Shown here: positions 25,311-37,750 of the stretch, piece by piece
How positions within the stretch are numbered: position 1 is the stretch's first letter
How the letters are laid out: each line of letters opens with the position of its first letter
Made by a program: the position numbers and the translations under genes
Assembly: GCA_009602725.1 (NCBI GenBank)
Contig: WELB01000025.1
Coordinates: forward strand, 453,276-517,275
DNA from: Spirogloea muscicola
Taxonomy: Eukaryota
DNA: 64,000 bases
Direction: 5' to 3'
Notes under the pieces: generated by a model
Databases searched by the model: none
What the model was told of the DNA's origin: nothing
Seen by the model: only the letters and a program-made list of their open reading frames with translations

Positions 25311-26135
25311 GGTGATTGAAGGGGGTGTGTGATGTGTACTGTGGTGGTTGTGTCGGGGCTTGCGTTGAGCTCATGTAGAGTAAATAAAAGGAGGTCTTTC
25401 TTAGCTCCTGACTGTGCAGCAACTCGCTGGCATATCGTGAAGACTGCTGTTAGCCTCAGCCTTGTTGCCTCACATGAGGCCCTTGGCCCAGGTTTAGACC
25501 AATAATGGGCTGTGCTGAGCAGAAATTGTACATACTCAAGAAGGGCATCGTCATTGTCATCGATGCCCTCATTTTTGTCTACAGATAAGACCTCAGCTCA
25601 CCACAACTACATGCTCCAATGAGGACCACTTTCCGGATTTGCTGCTCGTTCAGCAAGCAAGAAAAGCAGGTAGAACGCAAGAGCCTACGGCAACTGTCAT
25701 CACAATGTTGCCTGGCCGAAGCAGTGTACTAAACAACAGCGCCATTGAATCCACCGAAGGGAGGGGATCAATATGTTCAGAGAGGATGCCGGAAAGGAAT
25801 GCCAGCCGTGGCGACTGTCAGTGCTGGTAGATGTCATAATGCTTGTCAGAGAAGCATTGTGTTCACCTCCAGCTACAATGCTGCATACCAAATGTCCGGC
25901 AGTAGTGTAGGTTGCAGTCATGGCAAGGATTGCAGTGTGCTATGGCTTGCGGGACGGCTGTTGACCTTTATTGACTTCATTAACATAAGCTTGTATATTG
26001 CTAATTTCAATCGTCCTGAATCCGAGCTAGTATCTGTGCTAGCTCCCTCCACTGTCTTCATCCGGGTGTCATTTGTTTGATAGAACGTGCTCCGTCTGCT
26101 TACCGTATGTTGTACTCCCTTGCTAAGCCATCTCA

Positions 26136-26166
26136 GTTTAGGGTTTAGAGCTTAGGTTAGGGCTAG
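26136..26166. repeat. Short plant-type telomere-like tract
   Basis: gtttagggtttagagcttaggttagggctag; the minus strand reads CTAAACCCTAAAC. Confidence 0.7.
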
Positions 26167-26537
26167 AATGCCCGCCCCGCGGCCCCTCCCCTGGCTCCCG
26201 CGCGGCCCGGGACACGTGCCGCGGCCGGCCGCTGCCTGCAGGCCAGCTGGCGCACGCGCTGGGGCTGTGCGTCACCACACGGCGGCCCGTCCGCACACCA
26301 CGCCGCGCGGTCGGGGGGAGCGTGCCCACGTGGGCTGCCGTGGCCGCGCCCTACGTACGGCAGCCGGTCCCGCCGGCTCCGGGCGAGGCCGACGTCACCG
26401 GCGGTACCAGCAGGGCGCTGTCGCGACGCACCTGGGCCAGCCCGGATGGCCGACACAGGCGCCGCGCCGCCCGCCGCTGTCTTCGCTGCCCGAGGGCCCG
26501 ACGGAGGGACGGCCGGCGTGCGGGGCCGGCTGTGAAG

Positions 26538-26883
26538 AGGAAGTGCGCGCCCATAGAAAAGAGGGGCTGGCAAAGCCAGCCCAAGAAAGGATGGACAATG
26601 TCCAAAGCCAAAGAAAGAGGAGCCGGAAGAAGGACTACACTACAAAACACTGCAGAACACAGAGACGATGCAGAGGGAAGCTCAGTACCCACGAGTGAGC
26701 AACATCAGGTCTGAGTAGCTCGCTGCAGGGAAAGAGGCACTCCGCCGAGACCCAGAGGCGGCGGCCATAGCACGGCCTGCTCGCGTGTGGACGGCGTGGG
26801 CAAGAGAGCGTTAAAGCGATACGGCCAGGCGCATGCGGAAGACTTGTGCGAGCGAACCGGCGGCGTTGAAGCCGGGCATCGCC
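26538..26883 (-). mobile_element. 5'-truncated RLE non-LTR retrotransposon, family A, with an 8-bp target-site duplication
   Basis: Reverse complement of the ~4885-5225 sequence. Flanked by direct ctgtgaag at 26530-26537 and 26884-26891. Confidence 0.85.
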
Positions 26884-27749
26884 CTGTGAAGGACTGGCCC
26901 ACTGCTTGGGCAGTGGACGCTTTTCTGGAAGAGCTGCTCCCACTCTCCCCCTTCTGCTGCTCAACCGTAGGTACTACCGTCATACTGTTACCTTAGCTTT
27001 TCACAGACCTCGCCCCCTTTGGATGAGCTAACATTTTTCGGGCTGGCCTTCACAGCAGAAGAAGGTGAAGAAGGACGCTTCCAGAAAGGACGCAGCTTTT
27101 CACAGTACTCCCCCACTTCAGCCCTCGCTCCCTTCTGATGAGCTTACTTTGTCATCTTTTCGGGCTATCGGGCTTTTTCTTTTCCTTTTCTTTCGTTTCG
27201 GGCTGGCTGTTCACAGCCCTTAGCCCCCTTTGGAAGAAGCCACAATCTACAGGACCGGTCTTACTTAGCCATCGCCCTCTAATCTGGCCGCGCTTGCTTC
27301 CTCTAATGGAGAAGTCTTGTTTCTTGAAGACAAGCACAAAATATAGAAAGGAAGCACAAAAAAAGGAGAAGAGGTATATTGCAGGAGAAGAGCTCTTGCA
27401 AATGAAGAGAAGGATGGGGCGATGACTGTGAATGAATAGACAAGGTCCGATAAGTGCAACACGCAGCTATGGCTACCATGAAAGGTTGCTCAACGACCCC
27501 AGCACCAGCCGCAAGTGGGATGAAGAGCCGAAGTCAAACAGCTCTATCATGGTAAGGCGATAGCAGAAAGAGAAGCCCAAAAGGAATGGCCAAAAAGCAG
27601 TGGCCAGGCTTGTGCCATAAACCATTTGCAAGTACAAGTGGCTACAAGAGGAAGAGCGGAGTAGAGTAGAGGCAGAGATTCTTGCTTGAAGTATCTAAGC
27701 GGGCCGATTTCATTCCAATGACGCAATGAGGTAGTGAAGGACGCTTCTC

Positions 27750-28600
27750 ACTTGATGGCGGGCAGTGAAAGCAAGGTGGTGCGTGTCAGACTTACAAACA
27801 CTTACCAATCTTCAGAAAACAATCTTCCGTAAGTATCATCAGCTCTTCTACTCTGTGAAACGGAAGACCTTTCTTGTGTCTCATTATCACAAATCAGCTG
27901 CCAGATGGAACGAGCGGTTAGACAGAAGTCAATCCGCTCCTCAGAGAGGGCGGCGGCAGAATGGTTGGCCGAGAGAGGTGCCAGCCCGAAAAGGGAATCC
28001 GATGCACATACTCATTCCGACCTGCGGATGTTACTTGGGGTTCCTGAATAGCTGTTTGCATAAGCTACTTCCTGTGCCTGGTGCGATGTGCTTCATGTGC
28101 TTCCCCCAGAATTTCTTCATCCTGTTTGTGCTGGCCGTGCGCAGTGCCACTCTCTCTGGGATAGATGTTCTGCCAAAGAAATGCGGCTGGGCGAGCAGCC
28201 AGCAGGCGGGGCTTGTCAATTGAAGAGCACTTTCTCAATGGAGGTGGTGCCAGAGCAAGTGGGAGAAGGGAGGCAAAAGCGTGTAGTGAGCAATGGAGGG
28301 CCAATACGGCCAAGTCCAAAAAGCACACCTGAAGAATAAAATATACCTGCTGCTATGCATTCAACCCCTTTGTCACCAAATAGAGCTCCCCCACCTGTCT
28401 GGTGTGGAAAGCATGAGCCTGAGCTCGCTGCAGGCAATGTCCAGCCTCCTTGCGAAAGCCGCACTCACGTTGTTGGACCTGATCAAACACATGGGGAAGA
28501 CCCAAAATGACTTGAGCCTCCGAGGCCTTGGGGCTAATTTTGAGAGCATAGGATATGAGCGTGCGTAGATGTCAATACGGCAGTAGCTGATTTTGTGTGT
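27750..28600 (+). pseudogene. Possible decayed hAT-like transposase remnant
   Basis: MEGQYGQVQKAHLKNKIYLLLCIQPLCHQIEL resembles the hAT segment MxG..GV...L.....hHCxAHxLxL. It is interrupted by stops. Confidence 0.3.
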
Positions 28601-29079
28601 AGATCCTTCTTGTGGGTCTGAAGATCCAACTACGCCATGATAGCCGGCGTCAATTGTTCCGGAGCATCCATATAAGCTATGCTATGCCGCTGCACGGCTG
28701 GACCTCCGCTTCGAAGCCTGATGGCACAGCCATGGCAAAGCTCCTCGCACTCAACAGCGCGCCCCTGGCTGTAGCATGACTGCAAAAGTGAACAAACGAT
28801 CCTACTGAGAAAGAGGCAGAGCGGGGGGACCCATTCCTGGAGTGGCGATGGAGGTAAGATCCACTAGGTTCTACGGGGACCCTCGCCCTCCAGCATCTTT
28901 CACAATGTCCTGCATTGTCGTCTTCTCCTGCTGCCGCAAGCCTGGCCTGTGCCCCCGCTCGAGCAAGAAGGAGAAAGGGATGAGGAGGGGTTGTAGAGAG
29001 AGAGTATGCAGCGATCTCTCGAGTTGCGTGTGCTGATGGCGTAAAAAGCAAGTGACTATTCGCTAAGACGGCAGCAAGG

Positions 29080-29750
29080 GGCGCTCAATAACCTCTAGTC
29101 AGGAGATGCAAGTCGGAGCTAGCAAGCTAGCAAGTAAGACTTTTCCAGCTCGACATTTCCAGCGAATGGAGTATGCTTTGAGTGACGGAGGGCCTGAGTG
29201 GCCAAGTACCATGGCAAGCACAGTGACAGATGTACATCACCTGCTGCTAAGCTGACCCGCTCAGTAACCACGAGTCAGCAGTAGAGGTCACTAACTGATG
29301 CCCGAATACCGGACGAAATTGCCAAGCCCTTGTGCCACCAGCTAAAGCTCGTCCAGCTTTCTGGTGCAAAGGGGCGAAGGGCTGGGTAAAGCGAGCCCAC
29401 AAAAGGGTGAAGAACAAGGTTGAAACTAGCCGGATAGAAATGAAGTATACAGACTCTTCCTGGGGCGATGGCTGTGATTGGCCAGCCCAAAAAGAAAAAG
29501 AATGAACACAGAAGAAACGACCCAAGAAAGCGCGGCCAAGTCAAGTGGTGGCTAGGAGAGGCCAGCCCAAAGAAATGGAGCCAAGAACGACCGGACATGG
29601 CCAGCGGGTTGGGTGCTTGCCGGCGTCAGCTGCAAGTTTCCACGGGAGGGGAGGGGAGGGAGAAGCAAGCGCGGCCAGATCGTCTGGTGGCTGGGAGAGG
29701 CCAGCCCAAAGGAATGGACAAGGTCTGAAAGAGCCAGAGTGCTAAGGACA
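29080..29750 (-). mobile_element. Retroelement-end cluster including a family B RLE 3' fragment
   Basis: LHQKAGRALAGGTRA relic (~29270-29372) with a 3' UTR shared with 57450-57660 and 7205-7280. SDLHLLTRGY* relic at ~29085-29120. Several terminal hairpin motifs. Confidence 0.7.
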
Positions 29751-29848
29751 GGAGGGAGCGCTCGTTTGGACGGCGCAACGGCGGCGCTCCCGCCCGTCGT
29801 CCCGTCGGCGACTCGTCGCCCGCGCTCCCGCCCTAGCTGCAAATTCGG

Positions 29849-32800
29849 ATGGGGGGGCCCCTCCCCACCCAAGGAGCTCCTGCGGCGACGCCGGGCCGAC
29901 GTCCGCCGTCGGGAGGGCCGAGCTCGCCCCGGCGCGAGCTCCGCCGAGGCGAGCGCCGCCTCCCGCGCCGCCCGACGCNGCTCCAGCTCGTCTCGCCCTT
30001 CTTCGCGCAGCAGCGGCGGCGGCGAGAGGCTGGCGATGCTGACGGCGGCGGCGGCGGCGTCGGCGGCTGCGGAGGCAAGCGCAAGCCTGCCGTGCCACAG
30101 GGTACCGCCGTTGACGGCGAGGACATTGACGACGACGACGCCTTCCATGACAACGCGGTGAGCCGCCGGGAGCAGGTGCAGCGGGCGCAGCCACGGCAGG
30201 CCATCTGGCCATCTGCTGCCATGACGGCTGAGGGCAGTCTTGCAACCCAATTAGGTGCTCCCGCTAGTGCCACCTGGGTGCCACTCTCAGCATTGACATC
30301 AGGTCGACAGCCCAATGTCGCTATCGTCCTGAGAGCTGCATGTTGCTCTGCTTGCAGCAATCGCCGCCAAAGAAGCCGAGGCCCGGCGGGAGCCAGCTCG
30401 CAGTGCAGCCGACATTTGCCGTCAAGCAGGCGCTGCCCCTCCACAGCAGCCCGACGCAGCCCCGGGCGCCAGCCCAGCTCGGCAGCGACAAGCGCTCGCC
30501 GGTCCTGCAGGCACCCACTCCGCCCACCAGGGACGCGCCTCGCCGGCTGGATCTCAAAGCCACGGGGATTGCCACGCTGCAGCCGCCGCCGGCGGCAACC
30601 AAAGAGAAGCTCGTCGCAACTTCCGCACAGCCAGGAAGGCCAGTGCTCGCTCCTGTAGCAGCCCCTGCGTTCAACGCCGAGGAGCCCGCAACTCAGCTGC
30701 TGGGCTCGAAGCTGGAGGAACCCAGTGAATCTGCACCAGTACCCCTTCAGGACGCACAGGTCAAAGGGGCTGCACCACCGGGCAGGGATCCAGACGTGCA
30801 GCAGTGCAGCAAAAGTGGCAATGTCTCACATGAAACGCCGAAGTGGACGGAGCCTTCGTCGTCATGGACACCTAATGGTTGTACCATCACCAAGCCATCA
30901 TCTAATTCCTGCGGCAAGCAACCCGCACGTGGCCCGCCGTCTCCTGTTCCGCAAGCAGAACTGTGGACAGCCAAGCACCGCCCGCATGTAGTTGCAGACC
31001 TTATCGGCAACTCCTCACAGGTGTGATCTTGTCATCCTTTGTAATCGTTAACCACTGTTGTTAGGGTTCCTCGCTGTGCACATTGCAAAGCAAGGCTGCC
31101 TCTTGTCAATTGGAGCGACTACAGATTATGTAGTCCATCAGGGTAATTCAGCGGACAAGCGTGTGCGACGCTCCTATACTTGGGCTGTGATTTCCACCTC
31201 TTTGCAGATCCAACGCCTTCGGCAATGGCTGCTAGATTGGGACAAGCACCATGGCCATGGCAGTCACAAGCAGAACTGTCAGAAGGGTGCTGGCAGAGGA
31301 GGTGTAGGCAGGAGCAAGGCCGGTGACAATGACAAGAAGGCTGTGCTCCTGTATGGCTCTCCGGGCCTAGGCAAGACCAGCGCGGCAATTCTTGTGTGCC
31401 GAGAGCTTGGCTACAGCTGCATAGAGGTTCACATCCTGCTTCACTCGACCTCCCTCCATCTAATGGGCACTGCGCGCCTTCTCCTCCTGAACTTGGTGCT
31501 TGCAACCATATCGTCTGCTTGCAGCAACAACGTGATGTCCTGCTACGTGGCATTGGCTTCAACCACCTTGTTGCCACCAACTAGTCGTTGTGCCGAAAGT
31601 AAAATCTATTCTGCCCTAGAAGCATTTTCACAACGTCACCATGACCTCAGAACACTCTGGCCTGCAGGTCAATGCTAGCGACTCTCGAGGAAAGGCCGAC
31701 AGAGATATCAAACAGGGTGTGAACGGGAAAGGAGTCAACACCTTTAAGGAGCTGATCTCCAACCAGACAATTAGTTTTGCCAAGGCGGGTCAGTCTTTGG
31801 GTCTAAGCTTGATGTGGGCAACCTTTGCTCGACTCCAGGAGCTGGAGCACACCTGCAAGCGTAGTTATTGTGCTTTATACGAGAAGAGACCGGTGCTGAT
31901 ATGCAGACACCTTGACCAACGACGATATTGTATTGCAGGGCGACAGAAGGTCGCTCTCATCATGGATGAGGTGGACGGGATGTCAGGAGGTGATAAGGGC
32001 GGTGTGCAGGAGCTCATACAGTCTATCCAGACCACCAAGATACCTATCATCTGCATCTGCAATGATAAGTACAGCCCAAAAGTCAAGTCCCTTGTCAACT
32101 CCTGCTTGGAACTTAGCTTCCAGAAGCCTATCAAAGGGCAGGTGAGCATACGAGAGTGTTGCAGTGCTGACACAATATCTCGTCGATGTAATGCAGCCAT
32201 GATGCATAGTGCGGAAAGGTTGACAACTGCTTAGTCTTTGTAGTATCTCACTGTCTGACTGTGTCTGGGCTTGCTGCTTCCCTCCCATTCAGGTCATGCA
32301 GAGGCTGCTGCAGATTGTGAGAAAAGAGGGCGTTCAGACGGACGAGGTCGGCCTGGTTACGCACAATTGTCACTGACACAGCCCTAGATGCCGCGTTTCA
32401 CAGTTGGTGCAGAATAGTCGTTGGGCAATGCAAGGCAGTGACAGACAGTGCCATGACATGACCAACCTCCACTCTGCAATTACTGTACATCACAACATGA
32501 TCATGTTTTGCATGTTGCAGGGGGCTTTGGATGTCCTTTTGGAGAATGTGCAAGGCGACATCAGACTTGCTATCAATCACTTGCAGGTAAGTGTGGCAGA
32601 CGTTCAGAGTTTCTCGCCTCTGGTAGTATACCTTAGTCTGCGGGTTTTCAATGTTGCTTGCAATTCTCCTGACCTTCACCCTGCTAGTTCCTGCACAAGA
32701 AGTGGATAGAGCTGCACAGAAATGCATGTTCATGATGCAAGTGTTAGACGTGGTTAAAGTAGAGGAAGAGCAGGAGCTTTGAGAAATTCACCGACACCGT

Positions 32801-35344
32801 GGAGACTTTCTTGCAGTTCTTCAGGAGCACCTCCAACAGCTTCAGAAGTCAAGATGTCAACATACAAGCTGGAGTGACTTATAAGAACCAGGAGCTAAGC
32901 CCATTCATCGCAGCTGACAGGTAGCTGCATTTGAACATGGCATTGTGCCTCTGAGAGCCTGCGCTGCACGTGTCAAGTGTCTGGAAGTCCATTGGAGATG
33001 TAAAAGCACAGATGGCCGGAGTGACTGGAAGACCTCTGAGCAACCCCTCTTCATGGCTGGCTGATGCAGGTTGCTTGGCATGGGCAAGAACTTGACAATG
33101 AATGACAGGGTTGACCTCGTCTTTCAGGATGCCGACCTCGTTCCTCTCCTTATTCAGGTCTTATTCTTGTCATTAAGATCACGGCTTGGTCGTATTTGCT
33201 TTTTGCAGTCATTCCTTGTACACATCCATCTACTGCTTGTCCTGTGTTGTGCGAGCTGTCTGTGCTCTTGCTACAATACTGATGCGAGCTGATCACATGT
33301 GGCTTGCCAGGAGAACTACCTGAATTACAAGCCCGCTTCTTGTAGATCCGACCATCAGCGACTGGAATGTGTAGCCAGAGCAGCTGACTGTATCGCCATT
33401 GGCGACATAGTCAACAGTCGAGTCCGACAACAGCAACGCTGGGACCTCATGCCGTTTGGAGCTATTGCCTCTTCTACAGCATCGTGCGTCCCTGAAAAAG
33501 CTTGAGACTTGATTCATAGTGTGTTTCTCGGTCTTCTGTGTTTGAAAAGCTTTGCATGCAGATGACAATATATTTTTGCAGTTTTCATGGTCAATCATAC
33601 CATTGCTCATCAGATGGAGCTAAATACACTCTGAAAACTTTGCATTGGAGCTGAATAGCAGTCCATGGCAGGTAGCAGGAGTAGTGGACTCAAAGCCTCA
33701 CACCTCACATACATTCTCGGTCTGTGATTGGGTTGTAGTGCTTTTCACATGTGCGGTGTACGGGAGCCATTTGCTCAGGTCCAACCTGGCACCAAAGAGT
33801 AGATGGCCCTCTTCTGTGTGAATACTTTATCGCAGTATCGCAGCGCCCTTGTTTCTTGTAGACAGGGGTCAACTTGAAGCCAAAGAGGCATAGCTGTGGT
33901 GTATCTGTAGTACATGCATTGGACTGACTGATGTAGTTGCTTTGCAATGAAGGGCGAACGCAACTTCAATCGCTTTTCCGCTTGGCTTGGCAAAAACTCG
34001 AGCACAAGCAAGAGCTGGAGACAACTAGCCGAACTTCAACTGCATCTGCTGGTCTCCGGCAACTGTTCAGCGAGCAAGTGGGCTTCACACCGATGGCTAC
34101 CAACGCGTCATTCTGTTGCAGGGCAAGAAATTGCTTGCAAAGGCTAGACTGAAGTGTACCTCAGCCCCAAGTCCAAAACAAGAATCCAGTCAAGCTACAC
34201 AAATGCATCTCATGCACAAATACATCTCATGCATCAGGTATTGCACACATAGACTGGGAATTTACTACACTGCTTGGACTTGCTAACAGCAGATGATTGT
34301 AATTGCATATGCAGGGATGCAACCAGACAGGACTACATGAGAAGTTTATGCACTTCGCTAACAGAACCCCTGCTAATGCATGACAAGGTGAGATAGGTAG
34401 ACTCTGGCTTTAGCTCAAGAACCCTGATAAGAGGAGGTACATTCAGTTGCTGAATTAGACTCCAGTCATTTCTTGGCGGCAATCTCCTCTGCTGAAGCGC
34501 TCAATGAGATCTACTTGCTGGTTCATGCATTGACGCTTGCTACTTTGACGGCATCCTTTGACAGGAGGGAATTAGAGAGGTTCTCGATACAATGTATGAG
34601 TACTGCATCACAAGAGAGGATCGTGACATCATTGTAGAGCTAGTACACTTGCAGGTAAGATGCACTGGACAAGGCATTCTGAAAATGTCTGCATCGTTGA
34701 CGTTCATCATTACAGTTCTCTATGCTCGCCCCATTGCATGACCTTGTACCATGTGGAGGTTTTGCATGATAACAGAATAATGTGATACTGCTGTGAGCTC
34801 AACGAATAAGCCGGCAGAACTGACAAGCATCCTCACCTGGTTTGTCAGGGCATGCCTGACCCTTCTGCAAAGATAACAACGCACGTGAAAAGTGCATTCA
34901 CGCGTGTATATAATCAAGAAGCAGCAGGAGTATCAGTCAAGTCAAGCTGCCTTCTTCCCAACGCCAAAGGCAAGCACAAAGTCAGCATGGCTGCAAGAGA
35001 GGTCCAGATGGTCGATGCTGACACGGGTACAGGTAAGCAGCTTCACTGTCTGCTGGTACAACTGTGTGCTGCCAAGAGGCCTTGTGAGCGCAATTCAGTA
35101 GTGAAGGACAAAAAGGACAAAGAAGACAAAAACTGTCTAATTACTGCAGAGCAATCTGTCTTCTTGCTCTTCACATGCCTCTTGCAAGACTTGCTTAACA
35201 AGTGGCCATTGTGACCCTTGTACAGCCTCAGTTGAGGAGGACCTGGAGATGGAGGAAGATGCGAGTCGAGGAGTGTTGCAGCCAATACCAGGTGTGAAGA
35301 AGAGTAAGGAAGTAACTGCTAAGCGCAAGGGAGGTATTCGTTGA
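29849..35344 (+). CDS. RFC1: Replication factor C subunit 1-like AAA+ clamp loader (no BRCT domain seen); start and last exon uncertain
   Basis: ELWTAKHRP..DLIGN, Walker A LLYGSPGLGKTS, EVNASDSRGK, Walker B IMDEVDGMSGGDKGG, IPIICICND, GDIRLAINHLQ, and the RFC1 C-terminal motifs GERNFNRFSAWLGKNS and VKSAFTRVYN. N at 29979 obscures exon 1. Stop is at 35344 or, with one more intron, 35527. Confidence 0.88.
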
Positions 35345-35889
35345 GGATTTGTTGCATCACAACATGGTGACCAGTCTTTAACACCGATCTCCAATTTAGA
35401 CATTCATTTAGAAGGACAGGAGCAGTCTTGACTGCTCTGCCGTGCATTGGAGATTGTTACAGGCCTAGTTCTGCAAATCCCTGCAGGGATATGCAGAACA
35501 CTTCTCTGTTCAAGTAAGAAGCAATGACCATGCTACGAGCTAGCTGAGCATGCTTGCCTCAACGCTCTCCCAGTCCGTGTCAGGAGCTCTTGACTGCTCT
35601 ACAGATGCACATATGCAGGCCCTGCAGACCTCGTTGTGTGAGTTCCTGCTTAATACTCACTTTGTGATTAAGGTCGTGAGCACAGTAATGCTAAGAGCGA
35701 AATTGTCCATCTGCCACCTCAGCATCTTTGATACCCTCAACAAGAGCTTCAAGCAGCAGCTTGCATCGTGTACTATTGTAGGTCACGCTTGTCTTGTGGG
35801 CCCTGGCTTACTTGGAAGAGCATGGACAGTCCACTCTGATGCCAATGTTCAACTAAAGTACGTCACGAAGTGGGTCTGAAGTAGCACAA

Positions 35890-37600
35890 CAAGACTACGT
35901 GCTCCCACAAAAGGGCGATGGCTGTGCAAGAAGCAGCTCATCCGAAGGGGGCGAGGGCTGGGAACAGCCAGCTCACAAACGAATGAACAAGGGCTGTGAA
36001 GTAAGCTCTTCCAGAGGAGGCGAGGGCTGTGACACTGAGAAAGCAGCTCTTCCAATCCACGGCAATGGCTTTGAAAAGTAAAGAGAAAAGCGCGCTGCCA
36101 AAATTGACAGCAGTGGCTTTGAGGGGCCAGCCCAAGGGAAAGGACGAGGTCTGGACGGGCCGGATGGTGCAAAAAGCATGACACTGACTCCGGCCGGTGT
36201 ATCGGGGTGGGCGTCCGTGCGGGTTGCGGTCAGCCTGATTGGTCAGCCTGACTTCAACGCAGCAGGCTCTCGAGCTGCAGCCTCTGGGCTGGCCTCTCAC
36301 AGCCATTGCCGTAAGTTGGAAGAGCTTTACTCTCGCTCAGGTGTATTGCATGCGCATGTCAGTCTCGCTGCAGCGGTCATTGGCAGGCGCGTTGCATCTG
36401 CGTGCGGTCGCGCATTGGCTGCAGCCTCCGGCCTCCGGTCGGGGGACCTGCTACATGGAGACTAGTTCCTCTGACCTGCGGCTGCTCAACAGGGGTTACT
36501 GAGTGCCTCGTGGCCACTTGATTCACTGTGTGCTTCACAGGGAATCAAGTCTCAGTGCGTTCTCTGGCCCCTCCGAAGTTTCGTAAATCTATTTCTGGGC
36601 TGGCTCTCACAGCCATCGCCCTCTACTGGAAGCGTCTTTCTCCCGATTGGTCAGGAAAAAGTAGCTCTTTGTCAAGTAGTTCCTCTGACCTGCCGTTGCT
36701 TAATCCTGAGCACCCAGTGACGACTTGATTCGCTGTGTGCTTTAGCGCCTTCTTGGCCCCTTCAAACTTTGTCCATACTGCTGGCCGATCACAGCCACCG
36801 CCCTCACTGGAAGAAAGTTCCTTCGAAGGGTTTCATCCGAAGGGCATTCATTTCGAAAAGCGGCTGCAAGACACATTTCCCTGCAGCGAGCTACTCAGAC
36901 TTGATGTTGCTCACTCGCGGGTACTGAGCTTCCCACTGCATCGTCTTGTGTTTGTAGTGTAGTCATTTTCCGGCTCCTCTTTCTTTGGCTTTGGACATTG
37001 TCCATTCTTTTTGGGCTGGCTTTGCCAGCCCCTCTTTCTATGGGCGAGCACTTTCTTCTTTCTAGACATAAGAAGCAAGGCCAGCCAAAATGAAACAGCC
37101 CAAACAGAAAGAACATGCCCAAAAGGAACGCAAACGAGAAAAGAATGTACATGAGAGACTCTTCCAGTAGAGAAGGGCTCGCCCATTGAGGATAGGGGCT
37201 GGGAACAGCCAGAGAAAGCGCGGCCAAAATGACTGGAAGAAAAGAAGAGGCACTCCCCATGGGGGCAAGGGCTGTGAAAAGCCAGCCCGAAAAAGAGTTG
37301 ACAAAGGTTCGAAGGGGCCAAAATGATGGAGGGGCCCTAAAAGGGTCCTTAGCACTCCGACTCCTTCAGACCTTGTCCATTCTTTTGGGCTGGCCTCTCC
37401 CAGCCACCAGTTAATCTGGCCGCGCTTGCTCTCAAAAAGCAGCTACCGAGGGGCCTGAAGATGCTATGTCAGAACAGAAGAAAAGAAGAAGTGGCTCTCC
37501 CAATGGGGGCAAGGGCTGTGAGAAGCCAGCCCGAGAAGAAAAGGGATGTAAAAATTACGAGGGCGACGGCTGTGATTGGCCAGCCCAGCAAAGAATATTC
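35890..37600. mobile_element. Retroelement-end cluster with RLE C-terminal fragments
   Basis: 36180-36502 reads PDFNAAGS...AQVYCMRMSVSLQRSLAGALHLRA...SDLRLLNRGY*, interrupted by an inserted terminal motif at ~36275-36330. A family A 3' end lies at 36876-37060, with many more terminal motifs. Confidence 0.75.
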
Positions 37601-37750
37601 AACAAGGATTGCGGGGGCTCGGTGCCCCGTAGTCTGTAACCGGTGGGGGCAGCGTCGGGCGAGGGCGCCGCTCCAGGCCGGTTAACCGATCGGCCAGCCT
37701 GGCCCGCCCAGTTGCGCAACCTGCAGCTCCCCGGCCCCCCCCCCCCCCCN

